Shown here piece after piece: positions 59,314-64,000 of a stretch of 64,000 nucleotides of DNA. Both the position numbers and the translations under genes were made by a program. Source of the stretch: a virus. Where the stretch lies: IMG/VR virus record IMGVR_UViG_3300035180_001452, positions 1 through 64,000 of that record. One strand, given 5' to 3'. The notes beneath the pieces are model-generated. The model did no database searches. It saw nothing but the letters and a program-made list of their open reading frames with translations, and was not told where the DNA came from. Every line of letters begins with the position of its first letter. Position 1 is the stretch's first letter.

Positions 59314-60093
59314 TTAGCCCTTAGTTGCTTCGACCTGTCTAATGGTCCAGAAGTCAGAGCATAGATCCGGGCTGGTTATGTAGGCATAGGGCATCATGAA
59401 GTACCCTGCCAGTCCCCACTTTGCACCCCAAGAATTTCTAACGATAAACATTTTCTTACTATCATCATATCCAACAGCCATAACCGCATGCCCGCCAACA
59501 AGGCCTTCGGTTGGGCCAGGCATTGGTAAGATACCGGTCTTAGCAACAGCATCAGACTCAAAGCTTTCGTATACTGACATTCCAAAAACAAATGGGTATC
59601 CTTCTACAAGACATGACTTTAGATGATCTAAATCCTGTACTATAGATAGATACTTAATAACAAGATGCTTTAAGCCGTCTGTATATGCAGATTTGGTAGG
59701 CTTTCTTGCAAACTTCTGAATATCATAAGGCATAAACTTTTCGTGGCATGCTCCCTTTGAAGCCATAGCCTTCATTGTATCTCTAAGGCTTGCACCACTA
59801 TCTTGTGAGGCTGTATTCTCTAATACTCGAGTATTGTAATATACGAATAGTCTGGAGGGCAGATAATCCCCAAGACTAGATTTATCCTGTACAAATTCGT
59901 ATAATGCACTACCAGCGTTAGCTGTACAGCTCCCAAGGTCTCCCTGGTCATATACAGGAGGACACACAGGTCTAAGATCAACTACTCCCGGTAGTGTTTT
60001 CTTAGGCGCTGCATCTTTTAATGGGAAATACTTAAAGTCACGATGGTCTGGTAAATCTGGCGTCCATCCATAGCGAGCTATTTTACGAACCAT
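59314..60093 (-). CDS. Papain-like cysteine peptidase (C1 family)
   Basis: YDQGDLGSCTANA (Gln/Cys), GGHAVMAVGYDD (His), IVRNSWG (Asn); N-terminal YGWTPDLPDHRD; start revised to ATG 60093 after GGGAGG. Confidence 0.95.
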   Translation of the reverse strand: MVRKIARYGWTPDLPDHRDFKYFPLKDAAPKKTLPGVVDLRPVCPPVYDQGDLGSCTANAGSALYEFVQDKSSLGDYLPSRLFVYYNTRVLENTASQDSGASLRDTMKAMASKGACHEKFMPYDIQKFARKPTKSAYTDGLKHLVIKYLSIVQDLDHLKSCLVEGYPFVFGMSVYESFESDAVAKTGILPMPGPTEGLVGGHAVMAVGYDDSKKMFIVRNSWGAKWGLAGYFMMPYAYITSPDLCSDFWTIRQVEATKG

Positions 60094-60131
60094 TGCACCC
60101 TCCCGAAAAATACAGTACAAATTTAGGAATC

Positions 60132-60148
60132 ATTTTATTATAGCATAA
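60132..60148 (-). promoter_or_regulatory. Extended -10 promoter TTATGCTATAATAAAAT for the peptidase gene
   Basis: Identical 17-mer to 29545..29561; overlaps the U-tract of the upstream terminator. Confidence 0.65.
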
Positions 60149-60180
60149 AATAGGGGGAGAGCATTACCTGCCCTCCCCCT
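60147..60180 (-). terminator. Intrinsic terminator after major tail tube gene
   Basis: AGGGGGAGGGCA-GGTAA-TGCTCTCCCCCT-ATTTT; 12-bp stem 15 nt after the stop codon. Confidence 0.8.
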
Positions 60181-60194
60181 TTATTACTTAAGTG

Positions 60195-60989
60195 TTAGGC
60201 GGGAATCCTATCTCCAGCAGAATCGTTCCAAGACGTATTAGGATCGTTTGGATTGAGAATACTATCAAGAGGACTTACCGCTCTTGCTACAAACGTAAAT
60301 GCAGCTTCTGAGTTTAGATCGTCTAGAGTATACCCCCATCCTTCATTAACGAGCTGTACATTATGGATAGCAGTATATGCTACCTGTCCTAGCTCATTTA
60401 CCATTGTTATGGTAACATCGAATGGAGGAACCTGGTCAGAGTATCTTACTCTTCGAGTAGCAACTAAGGCGTAGGTTTCAGCAAGCTCTCTAGCAATTGC
60501 ATTATATATTCCTGCATCATCAGTTAGAGATACCCTTGTAGAATTTACATTGCCACCTGCTCCAAACTGAGAAGCTAGGCTCTGAACATTGACGGTCTGA
60601 GACTGTAGGTTATTTAGTTTTATATTATTAGGAATTTGAAAATAGTCTATGTCACCAATAAAGTTAACATTCTGGTCTAGTAACTTAGACATCTTCAAGA
60701 TAGCATGCTTATCGAACTGAGTGAATACAAGGTTACCGGCTATAGCGCGCTTACCTTTAACAAAGGCCTTTGGGTTAGGATCTCCCATTACAAAGACAGG
60801 CATTACCTCTCTAGTAATGGAAACCGTAATACCCTGTAAGCTAGCCACTCTCTTGTGCCCCATATAAGCAACAATGTCTGCACCAGAGAATGCACTAAAC
60901 GTCTTCTCAGCCTCCTCAAAAGATTGCTTAGCTTTAGGATTGTTCTGAATGGTATTATAAATTGAGCCACCAGCTCCGATCTGTCCCAT
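60195..60989 (-). CDS. Major tail tube protein (probable)
   Basis: Immediately after sheath; FSGADIVA...LQGITVSITRE..PVFVMG...KGKRAIAGNLVF...YSDQVPPFDVTIT; strong AAGGAG RBS and terminator. Confidence 0.82.
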   Translation of the reverse strand: MGQIGAGGSIYNTIQNNPKAKQSFEEAEKTFSAFSGADIVAYMGHKRVASLQGITVSITREVMPVFVMGDPNPKAFVKGKRAIAGNLVFTQFDKHAILKMSKLLDQNVNFIGDIDYFQIPNNIKLNNLQSQTVNVQSLASQFGAGGNVNSTRVSLTDDAGIYNAIARELAETYALVATRRVRYSDQVPPFDVTITMVNELGQVAYTAIHNVQLVNEGWGYTLDDLNSEAAFTFVARAVSPLDSILNPNDPNTSWNDSAGDRIPA

Positions 60990-61002
60990 ATTTTATCTCC
61001 TT

Positions 61003-62697
61003 TTAAGCCGTTATGTTAACAACGACCTTTACGTACTTAATCTGAAGAGCCGGTCTTAAGAACAGAGTAACTGTAATCTGTCCTAGAAGAGTTTCTACTG
61101 GGTCGGAACTAATAGAGAACTTAAAGCCATTCCCGTCTCCTCCAAGCAGAGCTCCTGCATCAACTAGTCTTTGTAAGGCAGAGCCTAGCTGAGTACGCAT
61201 AGCCGTTCTCGCTTCAATACTGTTAGGCTCTCCAATGAATGGATACATAACAGCCTTAGTCATAACAGCAGCAAGATTAGCGATTCTGAGAACCTGTAGA
61301 GTTCTAAAGTCAGAGGTTCTTGCAGAACAGGTATTATCTGCTACGACAACAGGTCTGTTAACAACATTATTTGTCTTAAATGTTACATAAGCAGCCTGTC
61401 CATAGTCACCTGTAGAATCGTCTCTACCAATACCCTGGTTAAGTAGCTCATGAATGGTCTTTGTAAAGTTACCATTAAGAAGCTTAACTGTACCTAAGGC
61501 CTTATTAGTTGTAGCAGACTGAGAAGGAAGATTTGTTATCATTCCTGCGTATACTGCGGCACCATTTTCAATATAGTACCCAATCTCTTTCTGGGTAAGA
61601 ATTAAATCAGGCCCCGCAACAACACTAATAAATCTACCAATATCTACAGGTGCGGTCTCGTCTGGATCATTATAGTAAAATCCCTGATTCATAAAGTACC
61701 CGAACTTAAGCTGCTTAGAGTTAGCATCATAGTACCCAGACGTAGTGCTTAGTAGAGAAGCCTGTGCATAAGCAGCTAAGTCAGCAGGGCTCTTAAGACC
61801 AGTTGGTCGTAGTCCTATAACACCGTGGCATGGACTAGTTTCCTTGCTTACTGTGTATAGGAACTTAGCAAAGTCCTGTGCTACAGTAGTAGTAGTATTT
61901 CCTTGGACAGCCTCATCATCCGCATAAATACCTACTAATACTGCTACATCAAACTCAGTAGTAGCGAGGGTATCAAACGTACCAAATGGCTGTGTTAGAA
62001 GCGTATAGTATCCGTTCTTGCTAGATGCAAAGTCTTCACCAGCAGCAGAGGTACCGTTTGTTCCAGCTACAGTGCCAGATAGCGCAACTGTACCAGACTT
62101 AATACTACTAGCTGGGCTAGTTACATTAGCTGCAGGTATAGTCATTACGATACTTCTGTTTCTATTATCATTGTTGATAGTAGATACAACATCTCCTAGA
62201 GTTTTAGTTGTATCAAATGCCCAGGAGATAGTACCTCCCTTGCTAGTAGGCTGATTAAGAGTAATTGTACATCCAGTAGCGCCTGTGGTAGCAACAGCAG
62301 TAACCGAGTTATATACTCGACCTGGGTTAGCAGCAATAATATTAATTACAGTCTGCCAAGCTCCAGTAACCTGAGCTGTTTTACCTCCGACTCTAACACA
62401 AATGATATTACCACCACCACCCTGTAAAGCCTCATTTACTGCTTTAGTAAGGTTGTTATCCGCATATGCACCATCTGCGGTTCCCGTCTGGGGATTGATA
62501 TAATCACCAGTATAGGTTAGTGGACCAAAAATGTCCTCAGCGTCCGAAAGATTTCTAATGAATATTGGCGAGTTAACAGGACCATCAAGAGCATTACCAA
62601 TAATCAGTAGCCTTTCAGTAACAGGAATCATAACAGCAGGAACTAGCCCACCATCCCTATAAGTAAAGATAACCCCCGGTAGTTTTTGATTTGCCAT
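61003..62697 (-). CDS. Tail sheath protein
   Basis: LPGV...DGGL, LIIGNALDGPVNSP...AEDIFG, VRVGG, YAGMI...SATTNK, C-terminal FIGEPN...LRPALQIKYVKVVV; GGAGG RBS. Confidence 0.92.
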   Translation of the reverse strand: MANQKLPGVIFTYRDGGLVPAVMIPVTERLLIIGNALDGPVNSPIFIRNLSDAEDIFGPLTYTGDYINPQTGTADGAYADNNLTKAVNEALQGGGGNIICVRVGGKTAQVTGAWQTVINIIAANPGRVYNSVTAVATTGATGCTITLNQPTSKGGTISWAFDTTKTLGDVVSTINNDNRNRSIVMTIPAANVTSPASSIKSGTVALSGTVAGTNGTSAAGEDFASSKNGYYTLLTQPFGTFDTLATTEFDVAVLVGIYADDEAVQGNTTTTVAQDFAKFLYTVSKETSPCHGVIGLRPTGLKSPADLAAYAQASLLSTTSGYYDANSKQLKFGYFMNQGFYYNDPDETAPVDIGRFISVVAGPDLILTQKEIGYYIENGAAVYAGMITNLPSQSATTNKALGTVKLLNGNFTKTIHELLNQGIGRDDSTGDYGQAAYVTFKTNNVVNRPVVVADNTCSARTSDFRTLQVLRIANLAAVMTKAVMYPFIGEPNSIEARTAMRTQLGSALQRLVDAGALLGGDGNGFKFSISSDPVETLLGQITVTLFLRPALQIKYVKVVVNITA

Positions 62698-62730
62698 AAC
62701 TATTTCCTCCAGTCAGTTGAAGGTAGTCCT

Positions 62731-63645
62731 TTATGTAGGACTAGTCTTTGTAGCAGGAAACTTGAGTCCTATATCTCTATAGAAGTAAGTCACATAATAC
62801 ACCTCTCCAGGTAGTGGATGTTTTCCTCGTGGCAGCCATTCTATATACGAGGCACCATCCGGTATAGATAGAGTAATCTTAAAATCAACCCCTTCTAAGT
62901 ATTGAGTACCGGAAGATGATATACTACTGTACTCAAGTTTGTACTCTTTGGTAATAGACCATACACTAGATATCCAGTTCTTAGCCAGTCTATCTTTAGT
63001 AAGAACATCGCTTCTAACTACTGACTCGTTCTCAACCATATGGTTTGCTTCTATCCCAAGTTGTGTCCATATGGACTGGATAATTGGTACGGACTTAACG
63101 AATTTCCTCTCAAGAATACATCTAAAGCGTAGAGTTCTTTTGTATATTTCTTGAGATACAGCTCTTTCTAGCTCTTTATCTACTAGCTGCTCATCAAATA
63201 TCCATTCACTTACTCCTAGCTCTCTTAGTATAGGAGTTATGTGAAACATGAGTTCATCGAACTCTTCAGTTAGATCATTAGTAGACTCGTTATCTATATC
63301 ATAAATATCGAACTGATATATTATTGTCATCCACTGAGCGTATTGATCATAAGTTATAGTAGGATCTTCTTCGTCTGGAACAGTTCCTCTTAGCCTAGGC
63401 TTATTGATTTCTAGACCATCTCTACCAGGAACTCTTCTATATATACTCCATACTATAGTAGGCGTACCTACATTTTCTCGTGGGTGGGATTGTGTGAATA
63501 CAACTCCCTTATCTGCCCAGTTAGCTTCTATTAGGTCCCATATAGCTATAGGTAGACTATATGGAGTTAGCGGTAAATGCTTATTAAGGTCAAAGTGCAG
63601 TTCTACATTGGCCGATGAACTTAATATATTGGTTATATTAGGCAT
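62731..63645 (-). CDS. Tail completion/terminator-like protein
   Basis: Directly upstream of sheath; PTIVW...KPRLR...QWMTIIYQFDIY...LTEEFDELM...RTLRF pattern; C-terminal DF...IEW...P.PG..YYVTY domain. Confidence 0.65.
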   Translation of the reverse strand: MPNITNILSSSANVELHFDLNKHLPLTPYSLPIAIWDLIEANWADKGVVFTQSHPRENVGTPTIVWSIYRRVPGRDGLEINKPRLRGTVPDEEDPTITYDQYAQWMTIIYQFDIYDIDNESTNDLTEEFDELMFHITPILRELGVSEWIFDEQLVDKELERAVSQEIYKRTLRFRCILERKFVKSVPIIQSIWTQLGIEANHMVENESVVRSDVLTKDRLAKNWISSVWSITKEYKLEYSSISSSGTQYLEGVDFKITLSIPDGASYIEWLPRGKHPLPGEVYYVTYFYRDIGLKFPATKTSPT

Positions 63646-64000
63646 TCTCTGGCCTCCTGCTTATTAAGTTCATCTGTATGTATTGAGTTTCGCCATATAC
63701 TATAACATACACAGTTATAATTATATAGTAAGTCCCTATCTCGCATGTATATTGTATATCTCTAACATTGTCTAAATCTTCTAGAGCTTCACCAGTGATA
63801 TCATATACTCTATCAGGCAGTATTCCCTGCTCCCCTATAATGTACTCAAAAGCTGATCCTATTCTATTAGCTATATCTATTTTTACTTTAGTTATTAGAG
63901 GATTCTCTCCATTAGTTGGACAGCTTCTCCATGGAGAAAGATTACTAATAATGTACTTATTAAATACACAGTACTTATTCCCAAGAGAGTGCAGCTGATC
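63638..64000 (-). CDS. 5'-partial ORF, possibly sheath-C-terminal-like domain (not in ORF track)
   Basis: Hand translation open from 64000: DQLHSLGNKY...FEYIIGEQG...ITVYVIVYGETQYIQMNLISRRPENA*; stop overlaps the next ATG. Confidence 0.7.
   Translation of the reverse strand, partial: DQLHSLGNKYCVFNKYIISNLSPWRSCPTNGENPLITKVKIDIANRIGSAFEYIIGEQGILPDRVYDITGEALEDLDNVRDIQYTCEIGTYYIIITVYVIVYGETQYIQMNLISRRPENA

Larger units (their letters stand above)
1..64000 (-). mobile_element. Large myovirus (jumbo-type) tail/baseplate structural module
   Basis: Co-oriented, tightly packed genes recognisable as sheath, tube-family, chaperone, tape-measure-like, tail lysin, gp25-like and baseplate-J; several >2000-aa ORFs; no host housekeeping genes or integrase visible. 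Confidence 0.93.

Noticed and set aside
22824-63645. Bacterial extracellular contractile injection system or tailocin instead of phage
   Set aside because: Size, giant tape-measure-like genes, inteins and phage-like density favour a jumbo phage, and no Afp15-like ATPase was seen. Capsid genes are outside the window, so this is not formally excluded.
4119-63998. Numerous plus-strand ORFs (e.g. 41414..42250, 45107..46096, 30085..30582, 63768..63998)
   Set aside because: They overlap long minus-strand genes, have Ser/Leu/Ile-rich antisense composition and no recognisable motifs.
1-64000. Alternative genetic code (stop reassignment)
   Set aside because: Genes tile the strand densely under code 11 and TAA, TAG and TGA all end genes at sensible boundaries.
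1-64000. tRNA or rRNA genes
   Set aside because: Intergenic gaps are short and none showed a cloverleaf or T-loop signature by eye.

Overview
This window is a gene-dense, almost entirely minus-strand tail/baseplate morphogenesis module of a large (jumbo-type) myovirus, read in the standard genetic code. In transcription order (right to left) it encodes a tail-completion-like gene, tail sheath, three tail-tube-family paralogs with a papain-like C1 peptidase inserted among them, and two tail-assembly-chaperone-like genes. Three tape-measure/ejection-like proteins follow: 2259 aa (intein plus SNase-like fold), 2604 aa (intact DEDDh exonuclease motifs) and 580 aa. Next come a 2783-aa hub/tail lysin (SLT, intein, NlpC/P60), gp25-like and baseplate-J genes, an amidase, duplicated and triplicated baseplate/fibre paralogs, and a Ser/Thr-rich 14-aa-repeat fibre missing from the ORF track that runs off the left edge. 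The most interesting hypothesis is a phage-encoded virion O-glycosylation system. Two glycosyltransferase-like genes (GT4-like with intein and SEC-C tail; divergent GT9-like) sit among structural genes behind the same TGCCATAAT promoter variant, and outer virion proteins look enriched in S/T-G motifs. All family calls are by-eye motif recognition; no searches were run.
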